Shown: piece by piece, positions 18,681 to 28,379 of the stretch | How positions within the stretch are numbered: position 1 is the stretch's first letter | How the letters are laid out: each line of letters starts with the position of its first letter | NCBI GenBank assembly: GCA_902801155.1 | Contig: CADCHG010000003.1 | Coordinates: 16,831 to 80,830, forward strand | Length of the DNA stretch: 64,000 nucleotides | Reading direction: 5' to 3' | DNA from: an uncultured Prevotellaceae bacterium | GTDB taxonomy: Bacteria > Bacteroidota > Bacteroidia > Bacteroidales > Bacteroidaceae | The notes under the pieces: generated by a model | Database searches by the model: none | Told to the model about the DNA's origin: nothing | What the model saw: only the letters and a program-made list of their open reading frames with translations | Program-made: the position numbers and the translations under genes

Positions 18681-20438
18681 ATGAAAAAGATAATATTTTC
18701 AGTAGCTTTGCTTGCAGCTGGTGTTGCTTTTACATCATGCTCTGAGAATTTGCTCGATACTGAGCAGAAAGGAGTTGGCGACTCAAATAGCTTCTATAAG
18801 ACTGATGCTGATGCCAAGTCTGCTGTTACAGCTATGTATGCTACATATATTGATGAGATTGCAGGTAATGAAGGTATTTGGAATGCATACCTCACGGGTA
18901 TCAACTATCATTCAGATGATGTGCTCGCTGCTGGTGGTGGTACGGATGACCATTTGGACTTCCGTATCATGAATGAGATGCGTTATGATGCAAGTTCTGC
19001 TGCTCCAAATAAACTTTTCAACCACATATACAAGGCTGTCTATACGTCAAACGTAATCCTTCAGTATTTCGGTGGATCTGCAGATACTCCTGCCAAGAAG
19101 AAGGCTGTTGCTGAGGCAAGGGTAATGCGTGCATGGGCACATATGCTTGCTGCGCAGGTTTATTATCAGCCACCATTGGTTGACCATATCATTGGACTTG
19201 GTGAATATGTTGGTAATGAAACATCTCAACAGGATATTTTCAACTGGTGCGTAAAGGAGTGTGAAGAGTCTATTGCTGATCTTCCAGACCGTAATGGACC
19301 AAACGACAAGGAAGGTGCTTGGGTTGTAACTAAGGGCTTCGCTCAGTTCGTTGCAGGTAAGTCTGCTCTCTTCGCAGGTGACTATAAGAAGTGTGCAAGT
19401 GTAATCAAGCCACTTGTTGAGTCTTCTAATTATGCTCTTGTTCCTGGTGAGAAGTTCCGTGACCTCTTCCATGTAGAGGGTGACGGTTGCTCTGAGAAGA
19501 TTTTCGAGTTCAACTATAAAACAAACACTGCTCCTGCAGGTGGTTCTGATGCTTGGCGTACAGGTAACGGACGTGGTCGTTGGATGGTTGCAAACGTATT
19601 CAACTGGCGTGGAGATGATATCGTAGGTGGCGGTAAGGCTCCAAAGATCTGTTCAACAGGAGGATGGGGCGGTGCTGCTATCCAGCAGGATTTCGCTCAC
19701 AAGATGCTTGCCAATGATGGCGACAGCTATCGTCGTAAGGCTACATTCCTCACTTCTGACGAGTTCTTCTATGATGAGGATCTCTGTGGTTGGAATTCTG
19801 ATGTTCAGAATGGCAAGCATTTGACTCTTGAAGAGAAGAAGTTCGATAAGAACCGTGGTATTAATAAAGAATCATTCTCTCGTAGTGACGTGATGGAGGT
19901 TAAGATGATGATGCATCCAAATGATGCGGACCTCTCAGTTGGTGACAACTGTAATAACACTAACGTATGTCTTGCTCGTCTTGCTGAGGCTTACCTCATC
20001 TATGCAGAGGCTTGTATCCAGAATGGTGATCTTGCTGAGGCACAGAAGTACATTAGAATGATTCAGGATCGTGCTGGTTCACAGACAAAGACGGAGAGTA
20101 TAGCTTCTAAGGAAGAGGGTATGAAGATCCTTATGGACGAGAAGCAGTATGAGCTTTGGTTCGAGGGATGCCGTTGGTTCGATATCGTTCGTTGGGGTAT
20201 TGCTAAGGAGTGCTTCGACAAGGTACTTGACCAGATTCCATACCAGACTGATGAGTACACAACTTCAAATGGTGCAAAGCCTCACAAGCTCGCTTATACT
20301 GTAAAACATCCATTTGCAAAGATCGGCGTATCTCTCAAATTTACTGAAGGTAAGAACGAGTACTGGCCACTTCCACAGGATGAGTTGGATGTAAATCCAA
20401 ACTTGCATCAGGTACGTGGTTGGAAGAATAATAATTAA
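18681..20438 (+). CDS. susD: SusD/RagB-family lipoprotein (1)
   Basis: Lipobox FTSC; RLAEAYLIYAEA and ELWFEGCRWFDIVRWG motifs. Confidence 0.96.
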   Translation: MKKIIFSVALLAAGVAFTSCSENLLDTEQKGVGDSNSFYKTDADAKSAVTAMYATYIDEIAGNEGIWNAYLTGINYHSDDVLAAGGGTDDHLDFRIMNEMRYDASSAAPNKLFNHIYKAVYTSNVILQYFGGSADTPAKKKAVAEARVMRAWAHMLAAQVYYQPPLVDHIIGLGEYVGNETSQQDIFNWCVKECEESIADLPDRNGPNDKEGAWVVTKGFAQFVAGKSALFAGDYKKCASVIKPLVESSNYALVPGEKFRDLFHVEGDGCSEKIFEFNYKTNTAPAGGSDAWRTGNGRGRWMVANVFNWRGDDIVGGGKAPKICSTGGWGGAAIQQDFAHKMLANDGDSYRRKATFLTSDEFFYDEDLCGWNSDVQNGKHLTLEEKKFDKNRGINKESFSRSDVMEVKMMMHPNDADLSVGDNCNNTNVCLARLAEAYLIYAEACIQNGDLAEAQKYIRMIQDRAGSQTKTESIASKEEGMKILMDEKQYELWFEGCRWFDIVRWGIAKECFDKVLDQIPYQTDEYTTSNGAKPHKLAYTVKHPFAKIGVSLKFTEGKNEYWPLPQDELDVNPNLHQVRGWKNNN

Positions 20439-20474
20439 GACTTTGACAGAAAGTTAAATTCTTATAAATAAATT

Positions 20475-20513
20475 ACACCGGATTAAGTATCATGCTTGAT
20501 CCGGTGTTTTTTT
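20475..20513 (+). terminator. Intrinsic terminator after susD1
   Basis: ACACCGGATTAAG...CTTGATCCGGTGT followed by a T tract. Confidence 0.85.
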
Positions 20514-20584
20514 ATGCACTTTAGCGTTATTCTGCCTATTCAAAATGAACGTACTTCTAAGATGCGATCTAACTTACGATAATG

Positions 20585-20787
20585 TAAGTCCGTTATAAGT
20601 CCATTGTAAGTCCGTTATAAGTCCGTTGTAAATCCGTTGTAAGTCCGTTGTAAGTCCGTTCCAGATCCAATCCTATTTCTCTTTTTGAAGCGAAGGTAGA
20701 GCGAAGGTAGAGCGAAGGATGAACGAAGGCATATAGAAGGATGAACGAAGGTATAAAGAAGGGAGAACGAGGGTATAACGAAGGGTA
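20585..20787. repeat. Two 11-bp-period tandem arrays
   Basis: 7 x TAAGTCCGTTR-like (20585-20661) and 9 x ARCGAAGGNNN-like (20689-20787). Confidence 0.9.
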
Positions 20788-20799
20788 CGCATTATGATA

Positions 20800-20909
20800 T
20801 AAAAAAGAACCACATCTCACGACGTGATTCTTCTAAATCGTTAAAAAACTAACCATAAAACACGGATATTGTTTATGATCCGTCTAACATTGTATTATTT
20901 TTAGGAATC
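20800..20909 (-). ncRNA. Candidate ~110-nt small RNA
   Basis: Minus-strand promoter TTTG-N20-TACATTTG (20946-20915), internal hairpin ACGGAT/ATCCGT, 12-bp terminator stem with GTGA tetraloop and T tract; no credible ORF. Confidence 0.65.
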
Positions 20910-21110
20910 TGATGCAAATGTACAAATAATACACCTTATTTCCAAAATATGATGTTTCATTATTATATTGCAACGTCACAAATGACACAAAGTGATATAA
21001 TTGTAATATAGATGCGTGTTATATGTAACAGATAGGTAAATATTGTGTTTTAAGTATGCTATTTTGTAAAAGTATATGGTTGGGATAAAATAGTATAAGT
21101 GAAAAGAATG

Positions 21111-21177
21111 TGTAACAAATTATTTTTGATTTTGTAACGCTTTTATTTGCGAGTTTTTAATAATATTTGTACCTTTG
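21111..21177 (+). promoter_or_regulatory. susC2 promoter: TGTAAC direct-repeat pair, -33 TTTG and -7 TACCTTTG
   Basis: TGTAAC at 21111 and 21133, TTTG at 21146, TACCTTTG at 21170. Confidence 0.75.
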
Positions 21178-21248
21178 CGACCGAAAATTTGTAGAATCAA
21201 CCTGAAATTTTTTAACAATTTAATTCATTAACTTAAACTTATCAAAAA

Positions 21249-24200
21249 ATGCGAAAACATGAAAAGTTCGGAACTTGGATCAGGTCATGCCTTATCCTTT
21301 CCATTCTTTGCATCTTTGCAGTTTGCGCTCAGGCTCAGACTGTATCGGGTATCGTAAAAGACTCAAGCGGTGAAGCTATCATCGGTGCTACCGTGAAGGT
21401 GTCAGGCTCAAATGGGGGTGCTGTCACCGATGCTAAGGGACACTATTCCGTTTCTGCTTCACGCGGGTCAATTCTAACCGTAAGCTACATTGGCTATCTC
21501 ACAAAGCAGGTTCGTCTTAGTGGCGAGAATGTAGTTGATGTTGTACTTCAGGAAGACAACACAACCTTGAACGACGTTGTTGTCGTTGGTTATGGTGTTC
21601 AGAAGAAAAAGCTCGTTACAGGTGCTACTGTACAGGTAAAGGGTGATGACCTCGCAAAGCTCTCTACAACATCTGCTCTCTCTGCTATGCAGAGCCAGAC
21701 TCCTGGTGTTTCAATTATGCAGAACAGTGGCCAGGCAGGTGAAGGCTTTAAGGTAAATATCCGTGGTATCGGTACTACTGGTAACTCTGATCCATTGTAT
21801 GTTATCGATGGTGTTGCCGGTGGTAGTCTTAACGACCTCAACCCTTCAGATATCGAGTCTATCGACGTATTGAAGGACGCTGCATCAGCTGCTATCTATG
21901 GTGCTCGTGCTGCTAACGGTGTAATCCTTGTGACAACTCGTCAGGGTAAGTCTGGCAAGATTCAGGTAAGTTATGATGGTTATATTGGTAAGCAGTATCT
22001 TGCTAAGGCTCCAGATGCTCTCAATGCTCAGGAGTATGTATATAGCCGCAAACTCCGTGAATTCAACGGTGGAGCTGCAGTTCCAGAGTGGGAGCAAAAA
22101 CTTCCTGCTTCTATCTACCAGAAGCTTCAGAATGGTTGGGAAGGAACTGACTGGATTAATGAATCATATCATAAAGGTGCTGTGACTCAGAACCATTCAA
22201 TTAGCTTGGCTGGTGGTACTGAGGCATCAAAGTTCAATATGGGCTTTGCATACACAGGTCAGGATGGTATCCTCGGTGGTGAAACTCAGTCACAGTTCGA
22301 TCGTTACAATGTACGTATAAACTCTTCACATGCTATCCTGCGTTCTAAGTCAGGATTTGATGTAATCACAATAGGTGAGAACTTGAACTTAAACCGTACT
22401 TCTCGTCGTGGTATTTCACAGAGTAATATGTATTGGAACAATGTTCATGACCTCTTGAACGCTAACCCATTGCTCCCAGTTTATGATGAGAATGGCGATT
22501 ACTATACTAATGCTCAGATGGCTGCTAATGGCTGGACTCTCGGTTCAGCTGTTAACCCAATGGCAATTGCTGCTACTACAAGCCAGGGCTTGAACGAAAG
22601 CAATACATGGAATGTTAATGCAAGTGCTTATTTGGAGATTCAGCCAATCAAGAACTTGATCTTCAAGTCTCAGTTCGGCTATCGTTATGGTTTCAACTCT
22701 TATCATTCTATGGGAAGAATACATGCTTCAGGTACTAATGTAGCTGACCAGGATCAAGCTTCTCAGTCTATTAATTTGTGGTCCAATATTTCATTGGAGA
22801 ATACTTTGACTTATACATTCGACATAAACAAGCATAATGTCAATGTTGTAGTAGGTCAGTCTGTAGAGCAGAATGGATATGGCGAGAGTCTTAATGCTTC
22901 TGGCAATAATCTCCTCTTTGGTGATAGTTGGAAACACGCTTATGTAAGCAACTCACAGATCAAGAAGTTGGCTGATGTTTCAGTTGGAGGAAAACCAGCA
23001 GGCGATAGTTCACTTGCATCTTTCTTCGGTCGTGTAAGCTACAACTACGATGAGAAGTATATGTTCCAGGCAACAGTACGTACTGATGGTTCTTCTAATT
23101 TCGCTGAAGGTCATCGTTGGGGTACATTCCCTTCTGCATCTGTTGGTTGGGTATTGTCAAATGAGAAGTTCATGGAGAGCACGCAGTCTGTTATGAACTT
23201 CTTGAAGCTTCGTGCATCTTGGGGCCAGAATGGTAACTGTAACATTGATAACTTCCACTATGTTACACAGGTAGGTTTTTCTACTGCTAATAGCTATTTC
23301 TTTGGTGTAGGTAACCACGAGGAGGCTACTACTGGTGGTTCATTCAATGTTCTCGGTAACCCAGATGTTACTTGGGAGACATCAGAGCAGATTGACCTCG
23401 GTATTGATGCCCGTTTCCTTGACAGCCGACTTGGTTTGGCATTCGACTGGTATAAGAAGACAACAAAGGACTGGCTCGTTCGAGCTCCAATCTCTGCTGT
23501 ATTCGGTATCGGAGCTCCATATGTTAATGGTGGTGACGTAGAGAATACAGGTATTGAGCTTGCTCTCAACTGGAACGATCAGCTTGAGAATGGTTTGCGT
23601 TATGGCGCTTCTGCTAACCTGACATACAATAAGAATGAGGTAACAAAGCTTGCTAACTCTGAGGGTATCATCCATGGTCCTGGCGCTGTATGGCATCAGT
23701 TGGAGGGTGAGATCTATCGTGCACAGGTAGGTCAGCCTATCGGTTACTTCTATGGTTACAAGACTGCTGGTGTGTTCCAGAATGGTGAGCAGATTGCAGA
23801 GTTCTCTAAGAAGTATCAGGATAAGGTGCATGGTGGCAATGACAAGTTGCGTCCTGGTGACTTGATCTTTGTTGATGCTAATGGTGATGGTAATATTGAT
23901 GACAATGACCGTACATTCATTGGTGATCCTCATCCAGATGTAACTCTTGGTCTTAGTGCAAATGTTGCTTATAAGGGCTTCGATTTCTCTATTACTGGTA
24001 ATGGTTCATTCGGTCATCAGATTCTTCGTACTTGGGCTAATCAGGACTTCCTTGAGCAGAACCTCAACAAGAAGATTGTTTACGGCTCATGGAAAGGTGA
24101 AGGCACAAGCGATAAGCTTCCTATCTTCGATGGCTTCGATACTCCAAACTGGAAGAATATGTCTTCTGCAATGCTTGAGGATGGTGACTACTTCCGTATT

Positions 24201-24431
24201 TCTAACATAACTCTTGGTTATGACTTCAAGAACGTTTGGAAGAATTGCCCATTCAGCCAGCTTCGTATGTATTTTGCAGTAAACAACCTTTGTACATTCA
24301 CCAGCTATACAGGTATGGATCCTGAAGTCGGCTCTGATGGTGGTTCTGGTAGTTCTTGGGCTGCAGGTATTGATACTGGTGTATATCCTGCTCCACGTAC
24401 CTACTTGCTTGGTTTCAACATTAAGTTCTAA
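21249..24431 (+). CDS. susC: SusC/RagA-family TonB-dependent transporter (2)
   Basis: VVVGYGVQKK, PLYVIDG, LKDAASAAIYGARAANGVILVTT, NPDVTWE, C-terminal F. Confidence 0.97.
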   Translation: MRKHEKFGTWIRSCLILSILCIFAVCAQAQTVSGIVKDSSGEAIIGATVKVSGSNGGAVTDAKGHYSVSASRGSILTVSYIGYLTKQVRLSGENVVDVVLQEDNTTLNDVVVVGYGVQKKKLVTGATVQVKGDDLAKLSTTSALSAMQSQTPGVSIMQNSGQAGEGFKVNIRGIGTTGNSDPLYVIDGVAGGSLNDLNPSDIESIDVLKDAASAAIYGARAANGVILVTTRQGKSGKIQVSYDGYIGKQYLAKAPDALNAQEYVYSRKLREFNGGAAVPEWEQKLPASIYQKLQNGWEGTDWINESYHKGAVTQNHSISLAGGTEASKFNMGFAYTGQDGILGGETQSQFDRYNVRINSSHAILRSKSGFDVITIGENLNLNRTSRRGISQSNMYWNNVHDLLNANPLLPVYDENGDYYTNAQMAANGWTLGSAVNPMAIAATTSQGLNESNTWNVNASAYLEIQPIKNLIFKSQFGYRYGFNSYHSMGRIHASGTNVADQDQASQSINLWSNISLENTLTYTFDINKHNVNVVVGQSVEQNGYGESLNASGNNLLFGDSWKHAYVSNSQIKKLADVSVGGKPAGDSSLASFFGRVSYNYDEKYMFQATVRTDGSSNFAEGHRWGTFPSASVGWVLSNEKFMESTQSVMNFLKLRASWGQNGNCNIDNFHYVTQVGFSTANSYFFGVGNHEEATTGGSFNVLGNPDVTWETSEQIDLGIDARFLDSRLGLAFDWYKKTTKDWLVRAPISAVFGIGAPYVNGGDVENTGIELALNWNDQLENGLRYGASANLTYNKNEVTKLANSEGIIHGPGAVWHQLEGEIYRAQVGQPIGYFYGYKTAGVFQNGEQIAEFSKKYQDKVHGGNDKLRPGDLIFVDANGDGNIDDNDRTFIGDPHPDVTLGLSANVAYKGFDFSITGNGSFGHQILRTWANQDFLEQNLNKKIVYGSWKGEGTSDKLPIFDGFDTPNWKNMSSAMLEDGDYFRISNITLGYDFKNVWKNCPFSQLRMYFAVNNLCTFTSYTGMDPEVGSDGGSGSSWAAGIDTGVYPAPRTYLLGFNIKF

Positions 24432-24460
24432 AAAATCATTATAGAAAAATAATAGAAATT

Positions 24461-26206
24461 ATGAAAAAAATAATTATAATGGCAGCTGCTGCACTTCTTA
24501 CCTTTACCTCTTGCGAGGATTTCCTCGATTCACAAGACTATACAGGTAAGAACAGCACCAACTTCCCATCTACTACAGAGGACGTTGATAAGATGGTTGC
24601 AGCTGTTTACAAATCATGCTTCTATGGCCCGTTCCAGGGTAACAGCCTTGAACAATACTTCTCAGTGGCAAATCTTATGTCTGATGATATGTATGGTGGT
24701 GCTGGTCTTGGTGACCCATGGTGGCAGGCTCTTGACAAGCTCATGTATGCACAGACTAACCAGATGCAGGATCTTTGGTCTTATGGATATGAGACCATCG
24801 CCCGTGCTAATGCGGCTTTGTCTGTAATTGACAATATCGCTGACGAGGAGGTTCGAAAGCAGACAAAGGGAGAGCTGCTTTTCATGCGTGCTTACACCTA
24901 CTATAACCTTGTTCTTGCTTTCAACAATGTTCCATTTGTAGAGAAAGCTCCAGAGACAGTTGCTGAGGCTCAGGTAGTTCCAGAACAGGTTGAGGGTAAG
25001 GAAATCTTCAAGCACATTGCTGATGATATCTATGAGGCTACATCTATTATGCCTGCTTACAAGTATGATGGTTGGCAGAAGCTTCCTTTCGGTAAGGTTA
25101 GCCGTTGGGCTGCTGAAGCATTCCTTGGTCGTGCTTTCCTTTTCTACACCGGTTTCTATGGTGAGTCAAGCTGGCCTAAGACAGATGGTAGCGCTATTGA
25201 CAAGGATTATGTGTCTAAAGCATTGAAGGATTGTATTGACAACTCTGGTCACGATCTTCTTCCTGACTATCGTTCACTTTGGGCTTACTCAAATCAGTAC
25301 ACAGCAAAGGACTATGATTATGTAAGTGATATGTTAGATAAGGGTACTTGCTATCAGGAAGGTAATAAGGAGGTTCTCCTTGCTATCAATTTCCAGTATC
25401 AGTCTGCGTGGTCTGCAGAACTCCACCTTACTAATCAGTATGGTCTGTTCTTCGGTATCCGTTGTGATGGTAACAACCAGGATGATGACCGTTATCATGT
25501 AGGTACTGAAACTTCTGTATATCCTTTCAGCACAGGTTGGGGTTGTGGTACTGTTGCAACCAACCTTGTTAATGATTGGAAGAAGGCTGAGCCAAACGAT
25601 CCTCGTTTTGATGCTTCTATCCTTGATATGAGCAAGACAAAGCTTGATCCAGGTACTTTCTCTGATGCTGTTGAGTTGACTATGTATCATCAGAAGAAGA
25701 TTACTTCTGTTCGTTCTTCAGGTGGAACCAAGTACTCTTGGTCTATCGATGCAATGGGTTCAGATGGTAATGGTAACTATCAGGCTTCAAACTGTACTCC
25801 TTTGACAATCTATCGTTTTGCAGATGTTCTCCTTATGTACTCTGAGCTTAACAAGGATGCTGCTCCTCTGAATCGTGTTCGTGCACGTGTAGGTTTGCCA
25901 GCAGTTGAATATACAGAGGAGAATCTCCGTAACGAGCGTCGTTGGGAGTTGGCATTCGAGGGTAGCCGTTGGGATGACCTCCGTCGTTGGGGTATCGCAG
26001 CTGAGGCTCTTTCTAAGCAGACAGGTGGTGTCATGTATAATCAGGGCAAGGCAACTACTATGACCTATAATAACTATGCAGCTCGTTACAATGCGACTAA
26101 GGGTTTCTATCGTATTCCAAAGTCTCAGATTGACCTTTCTGGTGGTAAGTACAAGCAGAATGCTGGTTGGGAAGACGATGCGGCTAATCAGTTCGGTGGT
26201 TATTAA
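24461..26206 (+). CDS. susD: SusD/RagB-family lipoprotein (2)
   Basis: Lipobox FTSC; RFADVLLMYSE and ERRWELAFEGSRWDDLRRWG motifs. Confidence 0.96.
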   Translation: MKKIIIMAAAALLTFTSCEDFLDSQDYTGKNSTNFPSTTEDVDKMVAAVYKSCFYGPFQGNSLEQYFSVANLMSDDMYGGAGLGDPWWQALDKLMYAQTNQMQDLWSYGYETIARANAALSVIDNIADEEVRKQTKGELLFMRAYTYYNLVLAFNNVPFVEKAPETVAEAQVVPEQVEGKEIFKHIADDIYEATSIMPAYKYDGWQKLPFGKVSRWAAEAFLGRAFLFYTGFYGESSWPKTDGSAIDKDYVSKALKDCIDNSGHDLLPDYRSLWAYSNQYTAKDYDYVSDMLDKGTCYQEGNKEVLLAINFQYQSAWSAELHLTNQYGLFFGIRCDGNNQDDDRYHVGTETSVYPFSTGWGCGTVATNLVNDWKKAEPNDPRFDASILDMSKTKLDPGTFSDAVELTMYHQKKITSVRSSGGTKYSWSIDAMGSDGNGNYQASNCTPLTIYRFADVLLMYSELNKDAAPLNRVRARVGLPAVEYTEENLRNERRWELAFEGSRWDDLRRWGIAAEALSKQTGGVMYNQGKATTMTYNNYAARYNATKGFYRIPKSQIDLSGGKYKQNAGWEDDAANQFGGY

Positions 26207-26227
26207 TTATTAATTATTAGAAATGAT

Positions 26228-26932
26228 ATGAAAAAAATATTATTATCTTTAGCTGCAGTATTCTCTCTTGTACTCACATCTTGTGATCCAGTTGAGGATT
26301 TCACGGAAAATACAGCTTCAAATTTTACCGGTGATCAGATTGATGCCACTCTCGTTCAGGAAGATGGTGATAACCTTGTAAAGGTTACTGTTCATACATC
26401 TGGTACTGCTCAGATCTCAAATGGTAAGCAGACTATCAAGGCTAACTATGCAGACTTGATTATGCGTGAGATGGGTGAAAATACTATTTATATCAAGATG
26501 CTTAATGCAAAAGGTGAAATAGTAGAAAAGCAGTATCCTATTACTGTTACTAAGATGACTCATGAACTTCCTGTTCTTGAGACTGTTATTTGGCAAGGTG
26601 AGGAAACTGGTGGTTCATGGTCTGGTACTCTCCGTTTCTGCGTTGGTCAGACTAACGAAGGTGTATTGCCTTGGCTTGACGATGACACTTATGACTGGAT
26701 GGTCGGTAAGAAGTTGAGCCTTGACATCTCTGCAGCAGATCCAGGTGCTACTCTCCGTATCACAACTGGTTGGTGGTCAACAAACCTCTTGGACGATATT
26801 CCAATCGAGAGTGCTCCATGCAAGATTCAGTTCACCATGACTCAGGACTTTGTTGATGTTTGTAAGACTCAGCATTTGCTCTTCACAGGTAATGGTAATT
26901 ATACAATCACCAAGTTCTATTACGAACTGTAA
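26228..26932 (+). CDS. Surface lipoprotein, probable glycan-binding protein (SusE-positioned)
   Basis: Lipobox LTSC followed by an acidic export-signal-like stretch; Trp-rich beta C-terminal domain; directly after susD2. Confidence 0.7.
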   Translation: MKKILLSLAAVFSLVLTSCDPVEDFTENTASNFTGDQIDATLVQEDGDNLVKVTVHTSGTAQISNGKQTIKANYADLIMREMGENTIYIKMLNAKGEIVEKQYPITVTKMTHELPVLETVIWQGEETGGSWSGTLRFCVGQTNEGVLPWLDDDTYDWMVGKKLSLDISAADPGATLRITTGWWSTNLLDDIPIESAPCKIQFTMTQDFVDVCKTQHLLFTGNGNYTITKFYYEL

Positions 26933-26952
26933 TATCTGTGTGGTATAAAATG

Positions 26953-27050
26953 TATTTGACTGTGACAACAGTCACAGTCAAATATTAAATAACAAAATCA
27001 GGTATCAATATTTTGGCTATAATCATATAGTAAAGATGTTGATACCTGAT
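26953..27050. terminator. Two strong hairpins after the susC2 unit
   Basis: Perfect 14-bp stem TATTTGACTGTGAC/GTCACAGTCAAATA and a long stem ATCAGGTATCAA.../...TTGATACCTGAT. Confidence 0.6.
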
Positions 27051-27063
27051 ATTTATATTAAAA

Positions 27064-28365
27064 ATGAAACGAACTATAGAATACAGCATCTCTTGTATTG
27101 TTGGAATTATAGTATATCTGTTTTGGGCGATTCCATTTAGAGGTATGCTTAATTTTCATGAGGAGTTTCAGTTGTTCCAGACTGATTCCGACTATTTCTT
27201 CTCTCACTTTTTACACAAGGGAGGGATTTCAATTTACATTTCAGAGTTCTTGGTTCAGTTCTATAATAACTATTGGATTGGAGCCTTGATAATTGCTTTT
27301 GAGTTTGTCTTGATTCAAAGGTTAACTCTTGGTATCTTAAGGCGCATCCGTCAGTCATGGGGTAGTAAGCATGAATATTTAGTTTATTGTGCATCATTTA
27401 TTCCTATGACTTTATTGTGGATAGTCTTAGGCGATGTCAATGTAATGCATTCTTTGATTGTGGCTGTGATTATTGCATTACTATTGATTTTTATATTGAT
27501 TCGAATATTCAATAATAAAATATATAAGTATGTAGGTTTGGTTGTGGCAGTTTGCTTTTTTATTTGGACTTCGGGTACAAACCACTATCGCATTCCGTCT
27601 ATGATATTGGATATGCCCAATGTCTATAATGCGAAAACCATCGAACTGCTTGATTATGATCTTCTTGTGAGAAGTAATCGCTGGGATGATGTTATCCATA
27701 AAGCAGAAAAGCAACAGCCTGATTTACCGCTAAGTGTTTGTGCTACCAATCTTGCATTGGGAATGACAAATCAGTTGGGAAGTCGTGCCTATCAGTTTTA
27801 CCAGAATGGTCCGGAAGGTCTCTTCCCTTCATTTAACAAGGATCCTTTCTCTACACTTACTACTGCTGAAGTGTATTTTCACTTGGGATTGATCAATACA
27901 GCTCAGCGCTATTACTTTGAGGCTATGGAAGCAGCGCCGAATTATAAGAAGAGTTGTCGATGTATTAGACGGCTTGCCGAAACAAATCTTATAAATGGTC
28001 AGTATGATGTTGCTCGTAAATATCTTCATATTCTTGAAAAGACTCTATTCTACAAGAAGTGGGCTCATCGAACTTTAGCAATGATTGATAGTGGAGATAA
28101 ATCTGTTAGTGCGCATCCTTTATATGGTAGACTTCGAAGCATGATACTCAAAGAAGACTTTCTTTATAGTGATCGTGAGGTCGATAAGATTTGTGGACGT
28201 TTGGTATTACAGAATCACGAAAATATTCTTGCTATGCAATATTTTCTTCTTTATCCTGTATTGGAAAATAATTACCAAAAGTTTGTGCAATATATGAATC
28301 TTATCAGAGAAGAGGTTCCAAATAGTCATGGGCTTGCTTCTTTCCAAGGATATCTACGCAAATAA
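27064..28365 (+). CDS. DUF6057-like membrane protein with TPR-like C-terminus
   Basis: HEEFQLF, YISEFLVQFY, INTAQRYYFEAME and RLAETNLINGQYDVARKYL; N-terminal TM helices. Confidence 0.75.
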   Translation: MKRTIEYSISCIVGIIVYLFWAIPFRGMLNFHEEFQLFQTDSDYFFSHFLHKGGISIYISEFLVQFYNNYWIGALIIAFEFVLIQRLTLGILRRIRQSWGSKHEYLVYCASFIPMTLLWIVLGDVNVMHSLIVAVIIALLLIFILIRIFNNKIYKYVGLVVAVCFFIWTSGTNHYRIPSMILDMPNVYNAKTIELLDYDLLVRSNRWDDVIHKAEKQQPDLPLSVCATNLALGMTNQLGSRAYQFYQNGPEGLFPSFNKDPFSTLTTAEVYFHLGLINTAQRYYFEAMEAAPNYKKSCRCIRRLAETNLINGQYDVARKYLHILEKTLFYKKWAHRTLAMIDSGDKSVSAHPLYGRLRSMILKEDFLYSDREVDKICGRLVLQNHENILAMQYFLLYPVLENNYQKFVQYMNLIREEVPNSHGLASFQGYLRK

Positions 28366-28379
28366 AATACTTGATTGAA

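Noticed and set aside
20585-20787. CRISPR array interpretation of the 11-bp arrays
   Set aside because: Units are contiguous with no unique spacers, and no cas genes are present.
15530-24431. SusC shufflon or invertible locus
   Set aside because: Same orientation, each gene has its own promoter, and no recombinase or long identical crossover sites were seen.
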